64,000 nt of DNA from Caldisericia bacterium. GTDB lineage: Bacteria; Caldisericota; Caldisericia; JAAYUI01. Below are positions 1 to 10,100 of the stretch, in pieces; the first letter of the stretch is position 1, and each line of letters starts with the position of its first letter. Below the pieces are notes generated by a model. That model did not search any database and was not told the origin of the DNA. It saw only the letters and a list, made by a program, of their open reading frames with translations. The position numbers were made by a program, and so were the translations under genes. Location of the stretch: contig JAGNLA010000003.1 of assembly GCA_017999835.1 (NCBI GenBank), positions 30,292-94,291 on the forward strand, read 5' to 3'.

Positions 1-971
1 AACTTGTTGGAAGCTCGATGGCGATGCAGCAGGTCTACAAGTCAATCGGACGTATTGCCGAATCTGACGCAACAGTTCTCATCAGGGGTGAATCTGGTAC
101 TGGTAAGGAACCTGTCGCTCGTGCCATCCACATGAACAGCAACAGGAGAACAAAGCCTTTCGTAGCCATCAATTGTGCTGCGATTCCGGAAGGTTTGCTT
201 GAATCAGAACTGTTTGGCCACGAAAAGGGTGCTTTCACGGATGCCATCGCTGTCCACCAGGGAAAATTTGAACAGGCTGGCGACGGAACACTATTCCTTG
301 ATGAAATTGGAGACATGAGCCTTCCTTTGCAGGCAAAAATTCTGCGCGTCCTTCAGGACAAAACATATGAACGTGTAGGTGGTAAGGAAGTTCTCTCAAC
401 CGAAGCCAGGATTATTGCTGCTACAAACCAGGATCTTGAAACTCTTACCAGAGAGAGAAGATTCAGAGAAGACCTTTATTATCGTCTCAACGTTGTCACC
501 ATCACACTTCCTCCGCTTCGCGAAAGAAAAGATGACATCGATGAGCTAGTAGACCACTTCATCAAGAAATATTGCCAAAAGTATAACAAAATAATTGCCG
601 GCATTTCTCCTCAATCAAGAAAATCCCTCCATGATTACGACTGGCCCGGTAACGTGCGCGAGCTTGAAAACGCCATAGCCAGGGCGGTCATTATTGCCAA
701 CTCGCCTTTGATCCTTCCCGAATATCTTCCGCACACAATTACGTCTTACAAGGCAAGGGAGCCGATGTTTGTAGCTAAGGGCACGATACCAAAAATGCAC
801 GAAGCAGTTGAAGAACTTGAAGCTGGGTTGATAAAACGGGCTCTTAAAGAAACGAAAGGAAACCGCACAAAAGCGGCCGATTTATTGGGCATCCCGAGAC
901 GGTCCCTTTATACAAAAATACAGGACTACGGGATCGATTTGGATGAAGTTGAACCAAAAGATGAAATATAA
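1..971 (+). CDS. sigma-54-dependent Fis-family transcriptional activator (5'-truncated at window edge). Carries an AAA+ sigma54-interaction domain and a C-terminal Fis-type HTH
   Basis: ORF 18..971 stays open in frame to position 1. Walker A GESGTGKE; sigma54-contact loop [13 protein letters not shown] (GAFTGA variant); arginine-finger region; C-terminal [22 protein letters not shown]. Confidence 0.85.
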   Translation, partial: LVGSSMAMQQVYKSIGRIAESDATVLIRGESGTGKEPVARAIHMNSNRRTKPFVAINCAAIPEGLLESELFGHEKGAFTDAIAVHQGKFEQAGDGTLFLDEIGDMSLPLQAKILRVLQDKTYERVGGKEVLSTEARIIAATNQDLETLTRERRFREDLYYRLNVVTITLPPLRERKDDIDELVDHFIKKYCQKYNKIIAGISPQSRKSLHDYDWPGNVRELENAIARAVIIANSPLILPEYLPHTITSYKAREPMFVAKGTIPKMHEAVEELEAGLIKRALKETKGNRTKAADLLGIPRRSLYTKIQDYGIDLDEVEPKDEI

Positions 972-1011
972 AGTAATGGAAAACGTAAGCGTTAGGAAAG
1001 GAGCACTTCTT

Positions 1012-4000
1012 ATGAAGAGAATGCTTTCAACACTCATTGTCGCGGTCATGATGCTAACCGTGGTCTCAGTGCCACAGATGACCAATGCAGACGCCAGAGG
1101 AATCAAGGTTATACCATATCCGCGTACTGCTGGCAAAATGGCAAGCTACAAGATTAGCTTCAATGTCACAAGGGCCCTTGAAGCAAACAAGGACTCTATA
1201 ACGGTAACGCTACCGAAGGAAACGGTTGTTCCGGATTATATCAGCTCTTCGGTTATTTCAATCAACCCAAAGAAGCTTATCGGAACAGATTTCCGCCTCA
1301 ATTTCTCGACCGGCGGAATAACATTTACAAACCCGCTTCGTGAAGGCGACATGATCAAAGCTTCGTATACCTATGAGGCCTCGGAAGAATACACATTCAT
1401 GCCAAAAGCAACCGATGTGAAGTTCTTTGACAGATGTTATGGTTATGCTTACGGAGGTGCTGGGAGTGCTCCATCATGCTCTACTGACAACAGAAACAAT
1501 AATGGTCAGTTTGATCCGGGAGAGTGGGTTTATGAAGACAGAGATCATAACGGTAGAATATCTCCTGGTGATAGGAGATTGACTGTCGTTAAAGGAGCAA
1601 TTGCATATGATGCAAAACAGAACTCAATCGTTGGGCCTGGCGATAACGACTGTGCTCAAGACTTAAATTTGTCAACTTACCTAAATCCTTTAATACCATT
1701 ATCGATTATCAAACTTACGATGCTAGACATGAATAAAGATGGAATATACAATGAAGGTGACTATCTTTTTGATGACAGAGATCAATCTGGGTCAGTGTCG
1801 ATTGGGGATAATATGATTGCTGGTATAGCATACTTCCCTGCAGGCACAAAAGTAGAACTTACCGATCCTGACAACGGTAACAGGTTAGCAAATAGACCAT
1901 CACCCACACCAATAACATTGTCAATTTACTCGTTTAGAGATCCTCTATTGCCTGTTGGTTCAGCATATCGTCACTCGGATGATGGGAAAACCGTAACTGC
2001 TTATGACCCTGGTGAAGCAATCTATTTTGATTCACCAGGTACGTCAACATATATGGTCGATGCTGGCGATATTAGATTGACTGCAGTTACTATGATTCGT
2101 AATGGAAATCTAATGATGTATGAAGCAGGTTCAACTGTTAATAATACAGATGCTGATTCAGGGACAAGAATTATTGATTTTAAAACGGCTACAGGCGAGG
2201 AAGAGGGCTTTATTAGTGAGATTGGACCATATTATAACCCAGGTGATCCAATTTATAGAAATGGCAATGGAAGAGTAAATTTCTTTACTGTACCTTCTCT
2301 ACCGATGCCCGGAGATATACGACTGTCTGCTTGGTCTTTTTCTGCATATGAAGCGGGAACACCTATACAATTAAATGACGCTGATGCCAATCAACAATTA
2401 GTGGCATTTAATACGAATCCTACAAATAAACCTGAAACCATGGTCGCATGGGCGTCGTTGATGCAAGTACAATGTGCCGTAAACACTCTTAACAGTTTCT
2501 ACACAAGCTCAAGTACTTATTACACTGATTCACCAACTACTAACATATCCGATACTTGGTTTCCACAAGCAAATGCAGTACCAGTTCCAACTTGGCCAGT
2601 AACTCCAAGTCCATTACCAGCAACAATTCCACCTTTAGGGACATGGTTGTACAGAGATATGGATAACAGCGGTGATGTATCAATAGGTGATGAAAGATTA
2701 ATTCAAGTTACCTTCCCTGTAGGCGGTACTGTTATAAGATACTCAGCAGGTTCTGTAGTTAAAGCAGGCGAACTTGATATTAATCAGAGAAGTTTTACTA
2801 CTTGGCCTTTAGGACTGGTTCCACTTGAAACGAATCAAACTGCGTCAAATCCTACAATAAGGCACACAGAAAATATAAGAATCAACAACATGTATGACCC
2901 AAATGAGTACATCTATATTGATAACAACGCTAATAACAGTGTTGATGTAGGTGATACTCGTCTTGTTCCGACAGGAGTTGTATCATTTGGTAGCAAACCA
3001 ATCGGTACAGACAACCCACTTATAGGTGAAACCCTCACCCGTGGTTGGGCAAGAATCGAAAACAAAGTCATTGTCCCATACGCACAGGCCGGAACAAAAA
3101 CAGCAGCCTTGGAAACAACTCCAATTACTGTTTTGCCAACTCTCATCCCACCAACGCCACCAACAAACCTCTCAGCCACATACCTCACCCTCCCAGGTGG
3201 AAACACTCCACTAACAAACTCAGGCACATGGTATGTCAGGGTCTCGGCAGTCAACATGTATGGCGAAGGTGAACCGTCTGAACCGATGGCAATCAACTTC
3301 CCACAGAATGGATCGATAAATTCGGTCAAATTGTCATGGAGACCAATCCCGTTTGCCGTTTCATACAGGATTTACAAATCCAAAAATGACGCCTATTTCC
3401 CACCAAGTTCACTGCTTGCAGAGGTAGAATCGCCAGTTTGTGAATATGTTGATCGTGGAACCACAATCACAGAAGGCGGACTGCCGTTCCCGTACAAGGC
3501 AAGCTTTGTAACACTCTGGAGAACCCGTGGTGGAACAGAGACCGAGCTTGTTGAGTATAACTGCGCAGACTATGAATTAGCACTTGACTCTGGCATGATT
3601 ATGTTTAGAAGAGCTTTGAGACCATATGAAATTGTTCTTGCCGATTACAAATATGCGCCTGGAAAATCATCTCTTGGTGCAGATGGCAATCCATGTAAAA
3701 CAGTGTATTATAAGGATGACCATGTATATGTTGATACTCAGAGAGGTATTGGGAAAATTATCCATACTCCTGTAGTAGATCCAAAGATTGACCCGCTCAA
3801 CTATTGTTTCAGATTATGGAGAGCGCCTAACATCGATACGAACAACCCATATTTATTACGAGAAAATTCGGATTACACAATCAATTACCAAACCGGCGAA
3901 ATAACATTCTCTTCACATGTTGTAACTGAAGGCGACATCATTACAGCAGATTATGACACTTATGAGGAAGTTGCTGGTGAGTCACTAAAAGAAGCTATTT

Positions 4001-6528
4001 CTACAGGTATAACTCAGGCTCAGTGCTCAAGTCCGGTCATTCCAGAATCTTACACAATATTCAAAGCAGTAGCTTTAAGGTCTTCACCACAGATAAAGAT
4101 TACTGCTGGTTCTTATGGTTCTCAAATTGTGTTTACAACACCTGTTGATGTAACAGTGGACCCAGATAATGATGTTACGACGCCGGATATTGTGATGACT
4201 TTGAATAGGCCAGGTAGAGAACTTAGCACAATTAACAAGGGTGCAGTACAAAATCCACCAAAAGCAGGTAACTATCAGTTATGGGTTTCGACATCCCAAG
4301 AGCAAACACCAATAATGTCAGAACCATACGAAATTATTGCAGACAAAGACCTTGGATCTGTAAAACTCAACATCATCTCTCCACAGGGAACTGCTTCAGG
4401 TGATACCATAGAATCAGTTGCAACTGCCGGTCAGCCGATATCGGTTGTGGCTCAGCTTATGGCTGGCTCAAACGGTCTTCCAAATATCTACGTGAAGTTT
4501 GAGATCGTCTCAACACCTCAGCCACAATCGGCATTTTCATCACCAAGCCTTGTTCAGACAAATGACCAGGGACTTGCTACAGTGGCACTCAACCTTTCAG
4601 CAACAGCAGGAACCACAGTCGTTAAAGTTTATCTTCAGGACAAACCATCACTTAGCTGGACAATTAGAATCAACACTGGTCCGGCAACGTCAATTGCCAA
4701 GATTGTCGTTACTCCATCAAATATCGCTCTTACTCCAAACAGCCAGCAGCAGTTCACAGCTCAGGCGTTTGACGCAAATGGCACTGTCATCCAGGGTGCA
4801 ACATTCACATGGGCAGCTGATACTGGCGTGATCAATCCAAATGGACTCTACACCGCACCAACAAACCCAGGCATTGTTGACAAGGTCTATGCAAGGTCAT
4901 CAGGCAAGGAAGGGTATGCAACCGTCCAGATAACCCAGCGTCCACAACGCATAGAAGTCACTCCGCAATCAGCCATTATTGCAGCTGGTTCAAAGCAGCA
5001 ATACAATGCTCAGGCATATGACTCCTATGGCAACCCGATGAACGTAACGATTTCATGGTCAGTCAAGGCCGGAACAACGGGTCAGGTTGTTGGAGTTATT
5101 GATGGAAACGGCTTGTTTACCGCCAACTACGGAACAACTGGTGACTCAGTCATCGAAGCCTGCTGCGCAGGCGTTTGTGGAACAGCCAAGATCAATGTCA
5201 GCGATGTTTCAACAACCGTATCAAAAGTTGAAATTATTCCAAACACAGTCACCATGACGATTGGCGGAACATACCAGTTTACAGCCAAGGCTTATGACAG
5301 CGTTGGAAACGAGATCAAAGGCGCTGCTTTTGTATGGTCAGTAAACCCACCAACATCCGGAACAATCACAACAACCGGCCTGTTTATTGCAGCCCAGCAA
5401 GGCGTATCCGTCGTTTCGGTACAGTCAGGCCAAGCATTCGCCTCAGCCGTTGTAAACGTAGTTCAGGTACAGAGGATTGACGTCACTCCTTCAGACGTGA
5501 AACTTGTTCAGGGCGGCATACAGTCGTTTGTCGCACTGGCATACAACACAACGGGGACGCCAATAACCGGTGTCACATACACATGGGAAGTTCAGCCATC
5601 GACACTTGGAACAATCAGTAATGGATTGTTTATCGCAACTGGAACACCTGGTTCAACAGGTACAGTAATGGCCAAAGCTTTCGGCATGACCGGCGTGGCC
5701 AAGGTAACAATCGAAGATGCCGACAATGAGAAACCAGTTATCACACTGGTGACCCCTTCAACAAACAGCGCATCTGTGCCTCAGACATCACAGTATCAGA
5801 TAGAGTTCAAGGTTACAGACAAGTCGGGTCTTTCAGAAGTCACCGTCAACGGTATACCTGTGACAATGAATGCAAATGGCAACTACACTGCAATCGTTCA
5901 GATTGCTGCTGGTCCAAACATCATTACGATACGCGCAAGAGACAATTCGTCATCAAAGAATGTTGCTGAAACGACTCTAACCATCATTGGCTCGTGCCCA
6001 AGAATTCTTGTGGTAAATGTTGGTTCACAGCAGGCTGCACTCACTGAAAAGTGCGGTTCACAAACCATTGTGAATCTGAGTGCCGTAACCGATATTATCA
6101 ACAATTCAACAATGGTTGGTTTCAGAGATCTTGGCGAAAAGTTGTTTGGCGGAACGGTTTCTTATACGACCAATGCTGACGGGAAGACCGTTAAGGATGT
6201 TTCCATTCAGTTTACAAAAACAAATGGTGACATGATAAGCATTACGTGTGTCATCGGCGAAAAGCTTGCGCTGATAAAGACTGTTACGGCAACCGGAACT
6301 GTTTCCAACGATGTCATTACGATGCCAAGTGCACCGATTATCGTATCTGCAACCAACAAGGCCGGATCAAGTAATATTTACAAAAAGAACTTAGGAAGAA
6401 CCATGATTCCGATGAGAACGCTCGTCGAAGCATTGTTTGGTAAAGAGATCACTGTCAATGGCGCAAAGGTGAACACGGTTAACTGGACAAGCAATAGCCA
6501 GCCAATCACTTTCACAATCATTCCATGA
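1012..6528 (+). CDS. giant secreted cell-surface protein (~1838 aa). Signal peptide, about six EF-hand/dockerin-like Ca-binding loop repeats, an FN3-like module and four Big_2 (bacterial Ig-like) domains
   Basis: ORF 943..6528. Likely start is ATG 1012 (MKRMLSTLIVAVMMLTVVSVPQMTNADA signal peptide) with AGGAAAGGAG 6-8 nt upstream. Repeated loops: YEDRDHNGRISPGDRRL, FDDRDQSGSVSIGDNM, YRDMDNSGDVSIGDERL, YIDNNANNSVDVGDTRL, DAGDIRL, PGDIRL. FN3-like stretch PPTPPTNLSATYL...WYVRVSAVNMYGEGEPS. Four ~85-aa Big_2 repeats (VTPSNIALTPNSQQQFTAQAFDANG..., VTPQSAIIAAGSKQQYNAQAYDSYG..., IIPNTVTMTIGGTYQFTAKAYDSVG..., VTPSDVKLVQGGIQSFVALAYNTTG...). Confidence 0.8.
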   Translation: MKRMLSTLIVAVMMLTVVSVPQMTNADARGIKVIPYPRTAGKMASYKISFNVTRALEANKDSITVTLPKETVVPDYISSSVISINPKKLIGTDFRLNFSTGGITFTNPLREGDMIKASYTYEASEEYTFMPKATDVKFFDRCYGYAYGGAGSAPSCSTDNRNNNGQFDPGEWVYEDRDHNGRISPGDRRLTVVKGAIAYDAKQNSIVGPGDNDCAQDLNLSTYLNPLIPLSIIKLTMLDMNKDGIYNEGDYLFDDRDQSGSVSIGDNMIAGIAYFPAGTKVELTDPDNGNRLANRPSPTPITLSIYSFRDPLLPVGSAYRHSDDGKTVTAYDPGEAIYFDSPGTSTYMVDAGDIRLTAVTMIRNGNLMMYEAGSTVNNTDADSGTRIIDFKTATGEEEGFISEIGPYYNPGDPIYRNGNGRVNFFTVPSLPMPGDIRLSAWSFSAYEAGTPIQLNDADANQQLVAFNTNPTNKPETMVAWASLMQVQCAVNTLNSFYTSSSTYYTDSPTTNISDTWFPQANAVPVPTWPVTPSPLPATIPPLGTWLYRDMDNSGDVSIGDERLIQVTFPVGGTVIRYSAGSVVKAGELDINQRSFTTWPLGLVPLETNQTASNPTIRHTENIRINNMYDPNEYIYIDNNANNSVDVGDTRLVPTGVVSFGSKPIGTDNPLIGETLTRGWARIENKVIVPYAQAGTKTAALETTPITVLPTLIPPTPPTNLSATYLTLPGGNTPLTNSGTWYVRVSAVNMYGEGEPSEPMAINFPQNGSINSVKLSWRPIPFAVSYRIYKSKNDAYFPPSSLLAEVESPVCEYVDRGTTITEGGLPFPYKASFVTLWRTRGGTETELVEYNCADYELALDSGMIMFRRALRPYEIVLADYKYAPGKSSLGADGNPCKTVYYKDDHVYVDTQRGIGKIIHTPVVDPKIDPLNYCFRLWRAPNIDTNNPYLLRENSDYTINYQTGEITFSSHVVTEGDIITADYDTYEEVAGESLKEAISTGITQAQCSSPVIPESYTIFKAVALRSSPQIKITAGSYGSQIVFTTPVDVTVDPDNDVTTPDIVMTLNRPGRELSTINKGAVQNPPKAGNYQLWVSTSQEQTPIMSEPYEIIADKDLGSVKLNIISPQGTASGDTIESVATAGQPISVVAQLMAGSNGLPNIYVKFEIVSTPQPQSAFSSPSLVQTNDQGLATVALNLSATAGTTVVKVYLQDKPSLSWTIRINTGPATSIAKIVVTPSNIALTPNSQQQFTAQAFDANGTVIQGATFTWAADTGVINPNGLYTAPTNPGIVDKVYARSSGKEGYATVQITQRPQRIEVTPQSAIIAAGSKQQYNAQAYDSYGNPMNVTISWSVKAGTTGQVVGVIDGNGLFTANYGTTGDSVIEACCAGVCGTAKINVSDVSTTVSKVEIIPNTVTMTIGGTYQFTAKAYDSVGNEIKGAAFVWSVNPPTSGTITTTGLFIAAQQGVSVVSVQSGQAFASAVVNVVQVQRIDVTPSDVKLVQGGIQSFVALAYNTTGTPITGVTYTWEVQPSTLGTISNGLFIATGTPGSTGTVMAKAFGMTGVAKVTIEDADNEKPVITLVTPSTNSASVPQTSQYQIEFKVTDKSGLSEVTVNGIPVTMNANGNYTAIVQIAAGPNIITIRARDNSSSKNVAETTLTIIGSCPRILVVNVGSQQAALTEKCGSQTIVNLSAVTDIINNSTMVGFRDLGEKLFGGTVSYTTNADGKTVKDVSIQFTKTNGDMISITCVIGEKLALIKTVTATGTVSNDVITMPSAPIIVSATNKAGSSNIYKKNLGRTMIPMRTLVEALFGKEITVNGAKVNTVNWTSNSQPITFTIIP

Positions 6529-6556
6529 TCTAGCCAATTGAATACTAGAGATAATG

Positions 6557-6588
6557 AAACCCCTGCCTTTTTGGCAGGGGTTTTTAAT
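6557..6588 (+). terminator. Rho-independent terminator downstream of the giant surface-protein gene
   Basis: aaACCCCTGCCtttttGGCAGGGGTttttt: a 9-bp GC-rich stem, 5-nt loop and T-tract 29 nt after the stop codon. Confidence 0.6.
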
Positions 6589-6689
6589 TTTCAGGTCAAC
6601 AATTTATCTGTCCCTTAAGAATGTCGGATAAAATGGGTTTGGGTGGGTAATGCCATTCAAATTATTAGCCATAGGGAGGCTAGAAATCA

Positions 6690-7112
6690 ATGACGTTGGA
6701 TGATGCTGGGAAACAGGGAATATTGAATTTGTATGCTCTTGTGCAAAGAAATGTTGTTTTGAAAAGGGATTGGTTGAAACTGGGGGTTGTTGAAAGGATG
6801 ATATTGTTGATTTTGCCATCGCTTGTTGATGATTATGGATGCATGGAATATTGCCCAAGAATTATTCGTGCCAGAGTGTTTCAGGAAACAGGAATGAGTC
6901 TTTGGAGAATTGTTTTGGCAGTAAGAAAACTGATAAAACTGGGATTTATATATATTCACAAAACAAACTGTGGCATGTCGGTGCTGTATGCAAAATTTAT
7001 TGTAGAAATGCTGCCAAGAACCACAAATTCAAAACCCAATCTGCCATTGCCGCCTCAGATAGAGTGGTATGATGATGTAGAAGGGAAATACAGAATAGTT
7101 CATTTTGATTAA
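6690..7112 (+). CDS. hypothetical small protein (140 aa) with a probable winged-helix/HTH segment
   Basis: ORF has a good SD (AGGGAGG, 9 nt before ATG 6690). Helix-turn-helix-like stretch ETGMSLWRIVLAVRKLIKLGFIYI. Isolated between two terminators. No recognisable family. Confidence 0.4.
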   Translation: MTLDDAGKQGILNLYALVQRNVVLKRDWLKLGVVERMILLILPSLVDDYGCMEYCPRIIRARVFQETGMSLWRIVLAVRKLIKLGFIYIHKTNCGMSVLYAKFIVEMLPRTTNSKPNLPLPPQIEWYDDVEGKYRIVHFD

Positions 7113-7130
7113 AAAGATAGGTATTCACAA

Positions 7131-7172
7131 TACAAAACAAAAACCCCGACTTTAAAGTCGGGGTTTTTGTTT
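7131..7172. terminator. bidirectional Rho-independent terminator (A-tract / GC hairpin / T-tract) serving the convergent genes
   Basis: acaaaacaaaaaCCCCGACtttaaaGTCGGGGtttttgttt: a 7-bp GC stem flanked by an A-run on one side and a T-run on the other. It lies 16 nt beyond the stop of the minus-strand gene 7188..12878. Confidence 0.6.
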
Positions 7173-7187
7173 GAGAAATATATCATA

Positions 7188-10100
7188 TCACGGGGCTGGA
7201 TATGTTATGATGATTTTTCTTTCGGCTGCAATATACTCAACCTTTGCGCCCATTGCGTTGGCAACAAACCTGAGTGGAAGCATTGTTCTGCCTGAGACTA
7301 TGCATGGGTAGAGTGTTCCGCTGTCATTGATCTTGGTGTCGACACCGTTGATCTTTGCGACGGTTTTGTCAATCCACAATTCAATGATTTTCTTGGTGCC
7401 ATTTGGAAGGGTGTGATTGATTGTAACTTTTCTAGTTTTTGCTTCCCATTCAACGGTTGCGCCAAGCGCATCTGCGATCGGTTTTATTGGCATATAAGTA
7501 TTGCCTTTGAGCTTTGCCGGGAGCGGAGGTGAGGCTGTCGTTGGAGCGACAGAAAGTGTGACTTTGTCGTTGTTGACCATCATGGTTGTCTGGTTGAGCC
7601 AGAGAAGGATTGTCTTTGTCTCTCCGGATGCGCCTTTTGGATCATAGGTGACTTCGAATACATATGATCTGCAGTTGCCAAGTTCATCGCATGATGTGAT
7701 TTCGAACTTGTTGAGGCCTTCCTGAAGGTTTACGTCGCTTTTGAAATACCATCTGGTATAGTCATCGGCTGGTGCCGTAACGTCTTCAACAACCGGAACC
7801 TGAGTGTCGTTGATTGTGAGTTTTGAACCTTTGTCTGTATAGCCGTGGAATGTCATTGTCCTGTTGCTGGTTGTGATTGAATACTTCAAGCTACCTTCAA
7901 CAGCAATAACCTGTGGCTGGTCAATGTAAAGATCTGGTGGTGTCGTGTCGCGTGCTATGACAATGCTGATGCCCGAGGTCTCACCTGTGAAATTCTGTGC
8001 GATGACAATGATGTAATTTGGGCCTTCACGAAGAGAGTAGTTAAACTTGAATGATCCATCAGCGCTCATATTGACAACTTCGCCGCCAACAACGAGGGTC
8101 AGTTGGCTGATTCCTTCGACTGATTCGCATTTTCCTGTGACTTCGATGGATTCCTGGTTCACTCTCTGGTCAACGTAGTTCTTGATTTTGCTTCTCTTTG
8201 CTTGTTCCTCAGCGGTTGGCCATGGAGAATCCTGCTTTATCGGGGTGAAAAGATGAATAACTGGAGGCAGCGCGTTCTTTCTTACTGAAAGGGTGGTGTC
8301 TTCGGTCTGAACAAGGATCTTGTTGCCTTTTTCACCGAACAGCTGAACATTTTCAAGTCCAACTTTTACATTGTCGATTTCTAGCTTGTCGCCTGAAGCT
8401 TTGAGTATTATCGAGCAAAGGTAGTCGCCGTCCATGGCTTCGACTGCGTTGCCCTCTCTCTTGATTGTTATGCTGATTCTGCCGGGTTTTACAATCTGTT
8501 CAAATGAAGGCGAACCGCCGTTCTTCTGGAACAGGTTGCCTTTGCCGATCATTGTGTATTCGAGATATTTGTCGTTATAAACAATGTCCAGTCTAGCTTC
8601 TTTTATGGCAACACTTCCACCTGCCATAACCTTTATCTCGGTCTGTTGGCAGATTTTGTTTGAGGCGCACGAAGTGATTGTTTTTCTTTCAGGCTTGAGA
8701 GTCAGTTTCAATGTTTTTGGTTTTGCCATAAACTGGAAAGATTTTTCAATCTTGTTTCCGATAACATCTGAGCCCTTGCCAACGATGCTTAATGGGTAAC
8801 CTGTTTCGACGTACTCGAGATTTTCATTTGCCTTGACGGTGACTTTGCACTCAAATGGCGGGATGCCATTTGCAGGGTCAAATGTCGCAGAGAAGTTCTT
8901 CTGTGACTCTGGTGAGAGTTCAAGGGAAACTGGATTGTTATATTCGTTGATGGGGTCAATTGTGATGGTGAGCTGTGTTTCACCTGCTGGCTCGATGTCG
9001 ATGAGTTTCTGACCTGTGATTTCAAATGATGGTGGTTTTGCTGGCTCGACCAGGAGGTTGAGTTTTGCTGATGCAGATTCACCTGAATCAAGGTCGATAA
9101 CGCTCATGTTGAAACGGCTTTCAGTGTTGTCAGCAGTGTCTGGTGGGACAGAAATTCTAAATTCAATCTGTGCTGACTTCATTGGATCGAGCTCAATTGG
9201 GTTGTCGAGGCTTTGTGGAACCTGGTCAACCAGGATTTCGTATGGCCAGTTCGAACCGTCAACGTGGCTGAAGTTGAATTTGTAGGATCCCTTGTAATTG
9301 CCGATATTTGTAAGGTTGTACTTGAAATCGGCTCTTGAGCCTGCCTGAACAGATCCATTCTTTCCGTCAGCCTTAGAAAGCAAGAATTTGCTGACAAGAG
9401 GCTGCCCAAGGTCAACGTATGTGGTCTGAAGGACGTTCTTTTTTGTGTTGTCCTGAATCCAGCAAACAAGAAGACAGTTTCTTATGATTGTCTGCCATTC
9501 GTATGGTGCTCTGCCAACCCACGGCCACTTGAATGTAATTTTTTTCTTTGTGACTGTACCTTCCTGAAGGTTGAGTGTTTCTGGCTCGCCAAGACATCCC
9601 TTTTCTTCCGATATGTTATCATCTTTGTCATGGAGCATTTTCATAACGGTAAGAGAGTGCTCTTCTTCACCGTTTGTTGCAGGGAAGATTACGTTGTTTT
9701 CAACAAGAACAAAGTAAACATGGGCATCCTTGTACTGCGATGAGAGATCCTGGAGTGTTGTGATTTCTACTTCAGCCGTTCCTTCCTTTGTGCTAAGTGC
9801 TTTTGCCTGAAGGAAGAGGTGAACTGGTGTTGTGACGTGTCTGTAGTTTTCAATTCTATGGATGAAACGCCAGTAGCTGTAAGTTGTTCCTGACATTTTT
9901 CTGTCTGGAAGTCTGTCTGGTGGTGGTGTCTGTCTTTCGTGCGGTCCGTCGCCTTCGGAGAAGTTCCAGGTTCCGTTGTAAACTGTGGTTGGGAGACCTT
10001 CTTTTGTGTACCATCTGTATCTGCAGTGATGCTCTGGCTGGGTCATACCTGAGTTGTCAGAATCGGCGTCAGCGTAGTATGCGATTGGGATGATATGTCT

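Noticed and set aside
900-1011. Sigma-54 (-24/-12, TGGCAC-N5-TTGCW) promoter for the giant gene immediately downstream of the sigma-54 activator
   Set aside because: No acceptable GG-N10-GC element found in the last 110 nt of the activator gene or the 40-nt spacer. Co-transcription from an upstream promoter seems more likely.
2913-3329. Antisense and out-of-frame ORFs inside the giant surface-protein gene (2913..3329 -, 3026..3214 +, 3045..3272 +, 4499..4831 +, 5898..6104 -)
   Set aside because: All lie within and opposite to or overlapping a 5.5-kb continuous, domain-rich ORF. They have low-complexity composition (S/T/H/Q/P runs typical of shadow frames), no SD and no recognisable domains.
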